Assembly: GCA_035275345.1 (NCBI GenBank)
Contig: DATEMY010000434.1
Coordinates: 1 to 61,904 of the forward strand
Source of the DNA: Blastocatellia bacterium
GTDB taxonomy: Bacteria > Acidobacteriota > Blastocatellia > RBC074
Direction: 5' to 3'
Length of the DNA: 61,904 nt
The position numbers and the translations under genes are program-made. How positions within the stretch are numbered: position 1 is the stretch's first letter; every line of letters starts with the position of its first letter. Below the pieces are notes generated by a model, which ran no database searches, was not told the origin of the DNA, and saw only the letters and a program-made list of their open reading frames with translations. Below are positions 10,297 through 22,030 of this stretch, piece by piece.

Positions 10297-12729
10297 ATGC
10301 GGACCTTATGGCAAGATCTGAGCTACAGCATGCGAATGTCGCTGAAGCAACCCGGCTTCACATTGACCGCTGTGATTACGCTGGCGCTGGGCATCGGAGC
10401 GAACACGGCGATCTTCAGCTTGGTGAACGCCGTGTTGTTGCGCCCCCTGCCTTACCGCGAAGCTGAGCGCATTGTGGCGATTCAGGAACTGGATCCACAG
10501 GGGAATCGAATTCAAGTCACTTCCGCCAACTTCCTCGACTGGCGCGCGCAGAACACGGTCTTCGAGCATCTGGCGGCCATACGGACGCGGCAATCAAATC
10601 TGGCGAATGACGGGCAGGCGGAGCGAATCGAGACGGCGATCGCGTCGGCGAATTTCTTCGAGGTCTTCGGCGCGCGACCGCAGGCGGGACGGCTCTTTAC
10701 GCCGGCCGATGAACAGGCGGGTCACGAGCCGGTGGTGGTCCTCAGCCATAGATTATGGCAGAGGCGATTTGGCGGGGCGGAGAGCGTTATCGGTCAACAA
10801 ATGATCCTTGACGGCGGAAGCTATACGGTCATCGGAGTCGCGCCTGCGGGATTTCGGTATCCGGACAAAACCGAACTGTGGTTCCCGCCGCTGCGACTCG
10901 CCCCGGAAATCAACGCGACCTTCGATGTGACGCAGACTCGCGGCTTCGGCTATCTGAGCGCCGTGGGACGGCTCAAGCCGGCGGTTTCTCTGGAACAGGC
11001 GAAGGCCGAGATGGAGACGATTACCACCCGCTTGCGGAAGCAATACCCGGAGACCAACAACAATCGGTTCAACCGCGTCGTTTCGTTGCAAACGCATCTG
11101 GTCGGCGATACGAAGAGATCGCTCTGGCTGCTGTTCGGCGCGGTCGGTTGTGTGTTGCTGATCGCGTGCGCCAATGTCGCCAATCTTTTGCTGGCTCGGG
11201 CGACGACGCGGCGGCGTGAACTGGCGGTGCGCGCCGCTCTAGGCGCGACGCGCGGGCGGACGCTGCGGCAGTTGTTGACGGAAAGTTTGTCGCTCGCCCT
11301 GGCTGGCGGGCTATTCGGTCTGCTGCTGGCGTGGTGGGGCGTGGATGCCCTGACGCGGTTGCTGCCGGCAGGCTTCCCGCGCCTGGGCGAGATCGCGCTT
11401 GATCTGCCGGCGCTCGGCTTTGCGCTGCTTGCCTCTCTGGCGACGGCGATTATCTTTGGCCTCGCCCCGGCGTGGCAAAGCGCGAAGATTGAACTGCAGG
11501 AAGCGTTGAAAGAGAGCGCGCGGGGCAGCGTCGGGGCGCGGCGCAATCGTCTACGCGGCGCGCTGGTGACCGCTGAGGTCGCCCTGTCGCTGGCGCTGCT
11601 GGTGGGCGCCGGGTTGCTCTTTCGCAGCTTCATGCGGTTACAGGCTGTGAACGCAGGCTTCGACGCAGTGGGCGTATTGACGATGCGGCTAGCGCCTTCG
11701 GGGACGAATTTCCGCGAAGACCCGCAGTACATCGGCTTTTATCAAAAGGTGGGCGAGAAGATCGCCACAATCGCGGGCGTCGAGGCCGTCGGCGCAATCA
11801 ATACGCTTCCCCTTTCGAAAGGCCCGACCTTCGACTTCCGCGTCGAGGGGCAGCCTGAGAAGCCTGTGGACCAGTGGCCCGGCGCGAATTATCGCAACGT
11901 CACCCCGGACTATTTTCGCGTCATGAAGATTCCTATTGCGCAAGGCCGCCCCTTCACCGAACGAGACAACGAGTCAGCCCCGCCGGTCGCGCTCATCAAT
12001 CAAGCCGTCGCCGAGCGCGACTTCGCAGGCCAAAACCCAGTCGGCAAACGCATTAACTTCGGCGGACGGGATCGCAGCGGACAACCTATCTGGCATGAAA
12101 TAGTCGGCGTCGCAGCCAACGTCCGCAATAAGGAGTTGCAGGGCGAAGCCGAGCCGGAGATTTATACCGCCGCCTGGCAGGACGCTTTCGCCGGAATGAC
12201 CTTCGTCATTCGCGCGTCGGTCGACCCCACGACTCTGGCGACTGCCGTGCGGCAAGCCGTGCGCGAGGTCGATCCCGCGCAGCCTGTGTCTGATTTGCGC
12301 GCGATGGAAACCGTCGTCGGGGAAACCATAACGCAGGAGAAGTTAAATTTGACTTTGCTCGGTCTTTTCGGCGGCCTGGCGCTGGCGCTGTCGGCGGCGG
12401 GCATCTACGGCGTGACTTCTTATACCGTGGCGCAATGCTCGCAGGAGATCGGCGTTCGCAAGGCCCTGGGCGCGCAGAACGGCGACGTACTGCGGTTAGT
12501 GATCCGGCAGGGAATGGCGATGGTCATGCGCGGCGTCGCGATCGGGCTGGTCATGGCGCTTGCCGCGACGCGCGTGATGAAGGGATTGCTCTTTGGCGTG
12601 GGTGCGACTGACCCGCTGACGTTTTCAATGATTGCGCTGTTGTTGATCTCGGTCGCTTTGCTAGCCTGCTGGATTCCGGCCCGACGGGCGTCGAATGTGG
12701 ACCCGATGGTCGCTCTCAGATACGAATAG
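10297..12729 (+). CDS. ADOP-family duplicated MacB/FtsX-type permease
   Basis: MRTLWQDLSYSMRM signature, duplicated FtsX halves and a [19 protein letters not shown] tail. Confidence 0.95.
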   Translation: MRTLWQDLSYSMRMSLKQPGFTLTAVITLALGIGANTAIFSLVNAVLLRPLPYREAERIVAIQELDPQGNRIQVTSANFLDWRAQNTVFEHLAAIRTRQSNLANDGQAERIETAIASANFFEVFGARPQAGRLFTPADEQAGHEPVVVLSHRLWQRRFGGAESVIGQQMILDGGSYTVIGVAPAGFRYPDKTELWFPPLRLAPEINATFDVTQTRGFGYLSAVGRLKPAVSLEQAKAEMETITTRLRKQYPETNNNRFNRVVSLQTHLVGDTKRSLWLLFGAVGCVLLIACANVANLLLARATTRRRELAVRAALGATRGRTLRQLLTESLSLALAGGLFGLLLAWWGVDALTRLLPAGFPRLGEIALDLPALGFALLASLATAIIFGLAPAWQSAKIELQEALKESARGSVGARRNRLRGALVTAEVALSLALLVGAGLLFRSFMRLQAVNAGFDAVGVLTMRLAPSGTNFREDPQYIGFYQKVGEKIATIAGVEAVGAINTLPLSKGPTFDFRVEGQPEKPVDQWPGANYRNVTPDYFRVMKIPIAQGRPFTERDNESAPPVALINQAVAERDFAGQNPVGKRINFGGRDRSGQPIWHEIVGVAANVRNKELQGEAEPEIYTAAWQDAFAGMTFVIRASVDPTTLATAVRQAVREVDPAQPVSDLRAMETVVGETITQEKLNLTLLGLFGGLALALSAAGIYGVTSYTVAQCSQEIGVRKALGAQNGDVLRLVIRQGMAMVMRGVAIGLVMALAATRVMKGLLFGVGATDPLTFSMIALLLISVALLACWIPARRASNVDPMVALRYE

Positions 12730-12862
12730 GTGTCAGGTGTCAGGTGTCAGGTGTCAGGTGTCAGGTGTCAGGTGTCAGGTGTCAGGTGTCAGGTGTCAGG
12801 TTGGAATCTCCAGCGTCATTCATTTCCTGAAACCTGAAACCTGACACCTGACACCTGACACC
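12729..12862. repeat. Heptamer-array hairpin: 10 x GGTGTCA facing 5 x TGA(A/C)ACC
   Basis: Perfect tandem GGTGTCA at 12729-12798, starting inside the stop codon. The complementary heptamers lie at 12828-12862 and end 16 nt before the next ADOP start. Confidence 0.9.
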
Positions 12863-12878
12863 TTCTCCAGGAGGAACT

Positions 12879-15305
<2,427 letters not shown>

Positions 15306-15401
15306 CTTTTCCTCGCTAAGCTATACGAAGGCTCACATAGATGCGAAATGACCTTCGTGATGTTTCGTGTGGCTTCGTGGATGAATCTCAGTGGAGGAAC
15401 A

Positions 15402-17828
15402 ATGCAGATCCTCTGGCAAGAACTGCGCTACGGCGCTCGAATGTTGCTGAAGAAACGCGGCTTCACGGTTGTGGCCGTTATCACGCTCGGCCTGGGCATC
15501 GGGGCGAACGCCACGATGTTCAGCGTCATCAACGGAATGTTGCTGCGGCCCTTGCCGTTCAAAGATCCGGAGCGGCTCGCGCACCTTGACGAGAAGGCTC
15601 TGAAAGCCGGGCTCGATACTGCGGGGTTATCGTTTCCTGATTTCAGCGACTGGCGTTCAGGCAGCCGAAGCTTCGAGCGGATGGCGTTATACGAAGAGGT
15701 TTCGTTCACACTGTCGAGCGGCAATGCGACCGAACGCGCCGAGCGGGTCGAGGGCGCCCGCGTCACGGCGAGCCTGTTTCCGCTGCTCGGCGTGGAGGCG
15801 GCTCAAGGCAGGTATTTTCTTGAAGAAGAAGACAAGCCCGGCGCGGCTCCGGCGGCGATCATCGGCTATGGTTTGTGGCGCCGGCGCTATGGCGGCGATC
15901 CGGGAATCATCGGTCGAGCCGTCCGGATTGACGGCGTGAGCGTGACCATCGTCGGCGTAATGCCCGCGGGCTTCGGCTTTCCCATCAAAGCGGAACTCTG
16001 GAAGCCGCTCGCCGCCGCGTTCGATGAAAAAGACCGCGGACATCATTTCGCATTCGGCATCGGCCGGCTCAAACCGGGAGTCACGATTGAAGCCGCCGGC
16101 GCCGAAATAGAGGCGATCGCAGCGGCCATTGCGCGTGAGCATCCTAAAACCAACGACGGCTTTGAAGGCGTCGTGAAGCCGTGGCGCGATGCCGTGCTCG
16201 AAGATGCGGGTGATTTGTTGTGGCTCCTGCTCGGCGCCGTCGGTTTCGTCATGCTGATCGCCTGCGCGAATGTGGCGAACCTGCTGCTCACCGCGGGCGC
16301 GTCGCGCGCCGGCGAATTGGCTATCCGCTCTGCGCTCGGCGCCAGCCGCGCATCGCTCATGCGGCAGATGTTGATCGAAAGCCTGTTGCTCGCGTCGCTC
16401 GGAGGCGCTCTCGGATTGCTCATCGCGCTGTGGGGCGCGGACGGAATAACGGCGATGCTTCCCGAAGCGATGCCGGCCTGGATGGCGTTCTCGATTGATT
16501 GGCGCGTGCTCGCGTTTACGCTCGGCGCGACGACGGCGACGGCGATATTGTGCGGGTTCGCCCCTGGCTGGCAGGCGTCGAAGACTGACCTGATGTCGGT
16601 TATGAAAGACGGCGCCCGCGGCTCGGCCGGCTTGAGAAAACAGCGGCTGCGCAGCCTGCTGGTGATCGGCGAGGTCGCGCTGGCGATGACGCTGCTCATC
16701 GGCGCGGGATTGATGATGAAGAGTTTTATCCGCGTGCGACAGATCAACATCGGCTTCAAGGCCGATCATGTGATGACTGCCAAAGTTGCGCTGCTCGAAA
16801 CGCAATATTCCGCGCCCGCGCAGCGAAACAATTTCTACCGGCAGTTGCTTGAACGTCTGTCGGCGACGCCAGGCGTCGAATCCGCCGCGCTGACCTCCAG
16901 CCTTCCATTGTTGGAAGAGGATATTTTCGGCTCCGGCTTCTACGCCGAAGGCAAGCCTAAGCCGCGGAGCACCTCGGAGGTCCCCATCGCCCTTCAATCC
17001 GTCGTCTCTCCCGGCTATTTCCGAACGATGGGAATGCAGCTGATCAGAGGCCGCGATTTCAACGACGCCGATATTGAAGGCAAAGAGAAGGTGGTGATCG
17101 TGGATGAAACGATCGCGCGCCGCATCTTTGCGGACGAAGACCCGATCGGCAAGCGGATCGCATTCGACGGGGCGATGTCCGACCCGCATTGGTCGACAAT
17201 CATCGGTGTGGTAGGCGCGGTCAGGCATTACGGGTTGAAGCGGGACGCCAGGATGCAGGCTTATCAGACGTATCAACAATCGTCGAGCGGCGTTATGACC
17301 ATCGTCGCGCGCGCGACCGGCGATCCGGCGAGCCTGACCGCGGCGCTGCGCGATGAAGTCGCCGCGCTCGATAAGGATTCGCCCCTCTACGCCCCACGCC
17401 TGATGACCGAAGTCGTGGCGACGGCGATGTGGGACGACAAGTACGTCGGAATCCTGTTCGGATTATTCGCGGCGCTGGCGCTGTGTCTGGCGGCGGTCGG
17501 AATTTACGGCGTGGTCTCTAACTCCGTCGCGCAGCGCACGCATGAGATCGGTATCAGGATGGCGCTCGGCGCGCAAACCGGCGATGTCATGCGAATGATC
17601 TTCCGGCAGGGAATCATGCTCGCCGCTCTGGGAGCGGCCGTCGGTCTGGGTCTAGCGGCGCTGGGGTCGCGGTTGATGGAGAGTCTGCTATTCAATGTGA
17701 GCGCGACTGACCCGGTGATTTTCACGTTTCTGCCGCTGACGCTGCTGGCCGTCACTCTGGCGGCTTGCTGGCTTCCGGCGCGGCGGGCGGCGAAGGTGGA
17801 CCCGATGGTCGCGCTTCGGTTCGAGTGA
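15402..17828 (+). CDS. ADOP-family duplicated MacB/FtsX-type permease
   Basis: The family signature starts at MQILWQELRYGARML (ATG 15402, preceded by GGAGGA). The 18 extra codons of the track ORF (15348) have no counterpart in the paralogs. Confidence 0.93.
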   Translation: MQILWQELRYGARMLLKKRGFTVVAVITLGLGIGANATMFSVINGMLLRPLPFKDPERLAHLDEKALKAGLDTAGLSFPDFSDWRSGSRSFERMALYEEVSFTLSSGNATERAERVEGARVTASLFPLLGVEAAQGRYFLEEEDKPGAAPAAIIGYGLWRRRYGGDPGIIGRAVRIDGVSVTIVGVMPAGFGFPIKAELWKPLAAAFDEKDRGHHFAFGIGRLKPGVTIEAAGAEIEAIAAAIAREHPKTNDGFEGVVKPWRDAVLEDAGDLLWLLLGAVGFVMLIACANVANLLLTAGASRAGELAIRSALGASRASLMRQMLIESLLLASLGGALGLLIALWGADGITAMLPEAMPAWMAFSIDWRVLAFTLGATTATAILCGFAPGWQASKTDLMSVMKDGARGSAGLRKQRLRSLLVIGEVALAMTLLIGAGLMMKSFIRVRQINIGFKADHVMTAKVALLETQYSAPAQRNNFYRQLLERLSATPGVESAALTSSLPLLEEDIFGSGFYAEGKPKPRSTSEVPIALQSVVSPGYFRTMGMQLIRGRDFNDADIEGKEKVVIVDETIARRIFADEDPIGKRIAFDGAMSDPHWSTIIGVVGAVRHYGLKRDARMQAYQTYQQSSSGVMTIVARATGDPASLTAALRDEVAALDKDSPLYAPRLMTEVVATAMWDDKYVGILFGLFAALALCLAAVGIYGVVSNSVAQRTHEIGIRMALGAQTGDVMRMIFRQGIMLAALGAAVGLGLAALGSRLMESLLFNVSATDPVIFTFLPLTLLAVTLAACWLPARRAAKVDPMVALRFE

Positions 17829-17875
17829 TCGCTTTGCGCTGAGTCGGTCGGCGATCCTGCCGCCGTCCGGGGGCG

Positions 17876-17937
17876 GTGCTAAAAAAATAGCATTTTGAGC
17901 TTGACCGCTTTCAGAGATGGTGCTAAATTTTTAGCAC
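17876..17937 (+). promoter_or_regulatory. Candidate promoter with two palindromic operators upstream of the BlaI-like repressor gene
   Basis: Perfect palindrome GTGCTAAATTTTTAGCAC at 17920-17937 overlaps a TAAATT -10 (17924-17929), which lies 17 nt after TTGACC (17901-17906). A second, imperfect copy GTGCTAAAAAAATAGCAT lies at 17876-17893. Confidence 0.55.
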
Positions 17938-17998
17938 GCTGGCGCCGAACGGGTGTCGCGCTTCCTGAGAGATCATCACATTTTGCGAGGAACCGCAG

Positions 17999-18388
17999 AT
18001 GAGCAAGCAAGCCCACATTAACTTAAGCCGCCGCGAGCGGCAGATCATGGACATCATTTATCAGCGGGGGCAGGCCACCGCGGCGGAGGTGACCGAGAAC
18101 CTTCCCGATCCGCCGAGCTATTCGGCGGTCCGGGCCATGTTGAGACTGCTCGAAGAGAAAGGTCATCTGCGTCACGAGCAGGAGGGCCCGCGCTATGTTT
18201 TCAAACCGACGCTGGCCCGTGACAGGGCTAAGAAATCCGCGCTCAAACAGATGTTGCAGACTTTTTTCGACGGTTCGATTGAACAGGCCGTCGCTACTCT
18301 GCTTGACGTGTCGCGCTCGAAAATCTCACAGGAAGAGCTGGACAGGCTTTCGCAATTGATCGAGGAAGCCAGAAAGGAAGGCCGGTGA
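17999..18388 (+). CDS. BlaI/MecI/CopY-family transcriptional repressor
   Basis: LSRRERQIMDIIYQRGQATAAEV winged-helix N-terminus, 129 aa. Its stop overlaps the start of the downstream M56 sensor gene. Confidence 0.9.
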   Translation: MSKQAHINLSRRERQIMDIIYQRGQATAAEVTENLPDPPSYSAVRAMLRLLEEKGHLRHEQEGPRYVFKPTLARDRAKKSALKQMLQTFFDGSIEQAVATLLDVSRSKISQEELDRLSQLIEEARKEGR

Positions 18389-20691
18389 ATATGATCCGAA
18401 TGTCGTCAGAATCAATCGCATTGATCCAACTGTCGCTCGATACCTTAATCAAGAGCGTCGTTATTTTATCGGCTGCCGGTTTGCTGGCCGCGTCATTGCG
18501 TAAAGCCTCGGCGGCGTCCAGGCATCTGGTTTGGAGCGTGGCGATGGCCAGTCTACTGGCGCTGCCGGTCCTGTCGGTCGCGTTGCCATCCTGGCGAATA
18601 GCGGCGTTGCCATCGTTGGCTACGATCGCCGTTGCTGAGGATGGTCCGGCGGAGCCTGCCGGGGTTCGGACAAACGAAGCGGCTGTGATATTCGAGAGCA
18701 AGCCGGAACCCGAGGCGCCGGCGCTCAGCCAGCCCCGGACGTCCGACATCTGGGAGGAAACGCCGGCCACAGGCCCAGTCTCGTTACGATTCGATGGGAC
18801 GCCAAAACCTGTCCCGTCTTTCTGGAATAGTTTCGATTGGAAAGTCGTGTTGTCGCTGGCTTGGCTGGCCGGCGTGTTTGCGGTATTGGCGCGCCTTACG
18901 GCGAGCACGGCCAGAGTCTGGCTGTTGACGCGGCAGGCGCATCGAGTCACCGAAAGCTCGTGGATCATACTTGCGCGGACCCTCGCTACCAGACTGCGTT
19001 TACGGCGTCGAGTCAGGATTTTCAGGACTGAACGGATCTCCATGCCGATGACCTGGGGATTGATGCGATCGGCCGTGTTGTTGCCGAAGGAGGCGGACCA
19101 TTGGTCTATGGAATGCCGCTGGATTGTGATGGCGCACGAGCTGACGCACGTCAAACGGCGAGATTGTCTGATGCAGGCTCTGGCGCAACTGGCCTGCGCG
19201 ATCTACTGGTTCAACCCGTTGGTCTGGTTCGCCGCGTGGCGATTGCGCGTCGAACGCGAACTGGCCTGCGATGATCACGTGCTTGAAGCGGGTGCGAAAG
19301 CTTCGGATTACGCGAGCCATCTGGTGGAGATCGCAAGCTCGTTCGGCGTTTCGAATTGCAGCTCGCCGGTGACCGTCGGAATGGCGTGCTCGCATCTTGA
19401 GAGTCGCGTGCGTTCGATACTGGACCCGAACGCGCGACGTCGCGGCGTTAACGGCCTGAAGGTGGCTCTGGCGGCCGTTATCGCCGCTGTTTTAACGGCG
19501 CCGCTGGCGATGCTGCAACCGTGGGGGAACGCCGAAGCCTCGGGGCAAACGGATCGCGCGTCAGCCAATCCGGTAAACCCGTCAAACCCGTCGTACGCTG
19601 CGATTCTCCTTCAAAATTCGAAGAATCAGGATCAGTCTGGTCGTGAAAAAGCGCGTGGAGACGAAGAGCCTCAGAAGCAGATCGGCGTAGGCGCCGGCTC
19701 GGGACAAGGAATCGGGCAGGGGATTGGGCAAGGCGCCGGGCAGGGAGAAGGGCAGGGAACGGGGCAAGGAGCCGGGCAGGGGCAGGGACAGGGAACGGGG
19801 CAAGGCGCCGGGCAGGGACAGGGAAGACCGGGGGAGCTTTCTCTGGAGCAATTGATCGAGATGAGGGGTGTCGGTGTGACGCCTGAGTATATAGAGTTGA
19901 TTCGCAAACTCGGCTACAGCGATCTGACCGTCAAACAGGCGATCAATTTGCGGGCGCACGGCGTCGACGAAGAGTACATCAAACAGGCTCGCGGTTGGAT
20001 GAACGGCAATGTCTCAATCGAGAAGCTGGTGCAATTGAAAGCGATCGGCATGTCTTCCGAGTTCATCGACAGCATGAAGCAGGCGGGGTATAACAACCTG
20101 ACGATTGAACAGCTTATTGAGATGAAGGCCGTGGGCGCTGACCCTGAATTTGCCGAATCGATGCGAAGGGCCGGTTATGACGGGCTGACGCCGAAAAAAT
20201 TGACCCAATTGAAGGCTCTGGGAGTAAACGAGGCCTTCATCAGAGAAGCGCAGGGCTGGGGGTTCGGCCAGCTTTCACTGGAAAAACTGGTTCAAATAAA
20301 GGCGCTGGGCATAGGTCCGCAATATGTGGATTCGATGAAAGCTTTGGGATTCCAGAACCTCACGCTTGAGCAGCTCATCGATATGAAAGGGGTGGGATTG
20401 AGCCAGGAGTACATCAGGCAAATGCGGGAGATAGGATACGACAACGCGCCGCTCCAAAAGTTGATGGAAATGAAAGGAGTAGGCCTGACTCCCGCTTACA
20501 TCAGGCAAATGCGGGAGATGGGATTCGATAATCTGCCGCTCCAAAAGTTGATCGAAATGAAAGGGGTAGGCGTGACTCCCGAATACATCAGAAAAATGCG
20601 GGAGATCGGATTGAAGAACGTTTCGGTCAACGAATTGATAGAACTGAAAGCCACTGGCGTTGACAAGATACTCACTCGGGAGAAACGCTGA
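18385..20691 (+). CDS. BlaR1/M56-family membrane sensor-peptidase with a GQ-rich linker and about 34-aa C-terminal repeats
   Basis: HELTHVKRRD zinc motif with WFNPLVW...ELACDD. Low-complexity (GQG)n stretch. About nine repeats of the type LIEMKGVGVTPEYIRKMREIGxxNLxxxx. Confidence 0.88.
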   Translation: MNMIRMSSESIALIQLSLDTLIKSVVILSAAGLLAASLRKASAASRHLVWSVAMASLLALPVLSVALPSWRIAALPSLATIAVAEDGPAEPAGVRTNEAAVIFESKPEPEAPALSQPRTSDIWEETPATGPVSLRFDGTPKPVPSFWNSFDWKVVLSLAWLAGVFAVLARLTASTARVWLLTRQAHRVTESSWIILARTLATRLRLRRRVRIFRTERISMPMTWGLMRSAVLLPKEADHWSMECRWIVMAHELTHVKRRDCLMQALAQLACAIYWFNPLVWFAAWRLRVERELACDDHVLEAGAKASDYASHLVEIASSFGVSNCSSPVTVGMACSHLESRVRSILDPNARRRGVNGLKVALAAVIAAVLTAPLAMLQPWGNAEASGQTDRASANPVNPSNPSYAAILLQNSKNQDQSGREKARGDEEPQKQIGVGAGSGQGIGQGIGQGAGQGEGQGTGQGAGQGQGQGTGQGAGQGQGRPGELSLEQLIEMRGVGVTPEYIELIRKLGYSDLTVKQAINLRAHGVDEEYIKQARGWMNGNVSIEKLVQLKAIGMSSEFIDSMKQAGYNNLTIEQLIEMKAVGADPEFAESMRRAGYDGLTPKKLTQLKALGVNEAFIREAQGWGFGQLSLEKLVQIKALGIGPQYVDSMKALGFQNLTLEQLIDMKGVGLSQEYIRQMREIGYDNAPLQKLMEMKGVGLTPAYIRQMREMGFDNLPLQKLIEMKGVGVTPEYIRKMREIGLKNVSVNELIELKATGVDKILTREKR

Positions 20692-20875
20692 TATTCATGG
20701 GAGCGCCGCCCGTCCCCGCCCGCCAGGCCACGGGGGACCCGATTCCGGCAGCGTCTCCCGTTTTTGCATAACAGACATTTGTAAGTCCAATTGAATTTCA
20801 AGCCGCTTTCATTGTAAGCCGGTCAGGCTTGGATGGGCGGCGCCACGAGAACTGCGTTCGCAGGACAGGAGATGA

Positions 20876-21874
20876 ATGATGAAGAAAGTATTGATGGTTG
20901 GCATAGTCGCTCTTTCCCTCACTACGCTTGGCTTGATCAAGCGGGGTTACACCGCGCCGCCGGCGGTGGTTCAGGAGACGATCACCGGCGATTGGACGGC
21001 CAAGGTGAAGCAGACCGATAGAGTCCCCGTGCTCTGGCTGTCGTTGAATCACGGTTCCGATTCGCGAAAGGGCAGGTCACAAATGAGCAGCGATTTCCCG
21101 CTGCAGGCTTTCACCGGCCTCAACCCGAACGCTAACTCGAACGTCCAATTCACGCTCCAGCGTGAGGCCGGCACGATCTTCTTCGAAGGTTTATTCAAAG
21201 ACGGCAGGGGAGTGGGCGACTTCAGGTTCACTCCGAACGACGGCTTCATCGCCACGATGCGGAACCTGGGGTACGACAACCTGTCGACTGAAAAGCTTTT
21301 CTCGATGGTCGCCCTCGACGTCAGCACGAGCTATATCAATGAACTGAAATCGCTCGGCTTTGATCAACTGCCGCTGGATCAGTTGTTCGGCATGAGGGCG
21401 TTGGGCGTGACCGCGGCCTTCGCCAAAGAGGCGCAGGAATGGGGATTCGGCAAGCTGTCGGCTAACGATTTGATAGAAATCAAAGCCATGGGGATCACTC
21501 CCGATTATATCCGTTCCATGAAATCGCTGGGTTTCGAGGACTTGTCATTGAGGAAACTGATCGAGTTGAAAGCCCTCGGCGTGAATGAAGCTTACGTCAA
21601 GGAGATGCGCTCGACAGGCTTTGATAACCTGCCAGTTAACAAGTTCATCGAATTGAAAGCTCTGGGCGTGAATGAAGATTACGTCAAGGAGATGCGTTCG
21701 GTAGGCTTTGATAATCTGCCAGTGAATAAGCTGATCGAGTTGAAAGCGATGGGTATCAACGCCGATTACGTGAAGAAAATGCGGGAACTCGGGCTGAAAA
21801 ACCTTTCGGTCAACGAACTGATCGAGATCAAGGCCACCGGGGCGGACAAGATACTCACCAGAGAGAAACGCTGA
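20876..21874 (+). CDS. Secreted protein carrying the same ~34-aa repeats as the BlaR1-like C-terminus
   Basis: Signal peptide and an N-terminal domain ETITGDWTAKVKQTDR...FTLQREAG...GRGVGDFRFTPN. Then LIELKALGVNEAYVKEMRSTGFDNLPVNK repeats. The tail LIEIKATGADKILTREKR is nearly identical to the BlaR1-like tail. Confidence 0.8.
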   Translation: MMKKVLMVGIVALSLTTLGLIKRGYTAPPAVVQETITGDWTAKVKQTDRVPVLWLSLNHGSDSRKGRSQMSSDFPLQAFTGLNPNANSNVQFTLQREAGTIFFEGLFKDGRGVGDFRFTPNDGFIATMRNLGYDNLSTEKLFSMVALDVSTSYINELKSLGFDQLPLDQLFGMRALGVTAAFAKEAQEWGFGKLSANDLIEIKAMGITPDYIRSMKSLGFEDLSLRKLIELKALGVNEAYVKEMRSTGFDNLPVNKFIELKALGVNEDYVKEMRSVGFDNLPVNKLIELKAMGINADYVKKMRELGLKNLSVNELIEIKATGADKILTREKR

Positions 21875-21897
21875 GATGCAGGGCGAATGATCCGATA

Positions 21898-21958
21898 TTT
21901 TTCTGTCTCCTATTTTTCTGTCTGGTCAGAGCTGACAGAAAAATAAGAGACAGAAAAA
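21898..21958. repeat. Inverted repeat (25-nt arms, 1 mismatch) built from a 14-nt word
   Basis: TTTTTCTGTCTCCTATTTTTCTGTC at 21898-21922 pairs with GACAGAAAAATAAGAGACAGAAAAA at 21934-21958. Confidence 0.85.
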
Positions 21959-22030
21959 TGAGAGACAGAGTTAGGACTGCATCTGGATGGGAAACTTCCG
22001 AAATTTTCCACTACTTTCAAGGAGGCGAAG

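Noticed and set aside
12729-12862. The possibility that the heptamer arrays (also 27724-27857) are CRISPR arrays or ordinary microsatellites.
   Set aside because: The units are 7 nt, contiguous and without spacers. Each array is paired with a complementary array nearby, so they form hairpins rather than CRISPR repeats. No cas genes are present in the window.
15348-15401. The 18-codon N-terminal extension of the ADOP gene given in the ORF track. Similar extensions occur at 44877-44897, 46756-46797, 48210-48230 and 50905-50925.
   Set aside because: Paralog alignment and the positions of the ribosome-binding sites favour the internal starts. The 46797 start would use a TTG codon.
15687-17279. 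530-aa minus-strand ORF. Similar long antisense ORFs include 6695-7540, 8575-9702, 10950-11732, 13676-14266, 18294-19154, 22301-23080, 28521-29246 and 40765-41508.
   Set aside because: Each lies entirely antisense to, or out of frame with, a CDS that has strong family signatures. Their translations are Arg/Ala/Pro/Ser-rich with no recognisable motifs. This is typical of stop-poor alternative frames in high-GC DNA.
19671-19907. 78-aa Cys/Pro-rich minus-strand ORF (CPCPAPCPVPCP...).
   Set aside because: It is the antisense image of the (GQG)n linker inside the well-supported BlaR1-like CDS.
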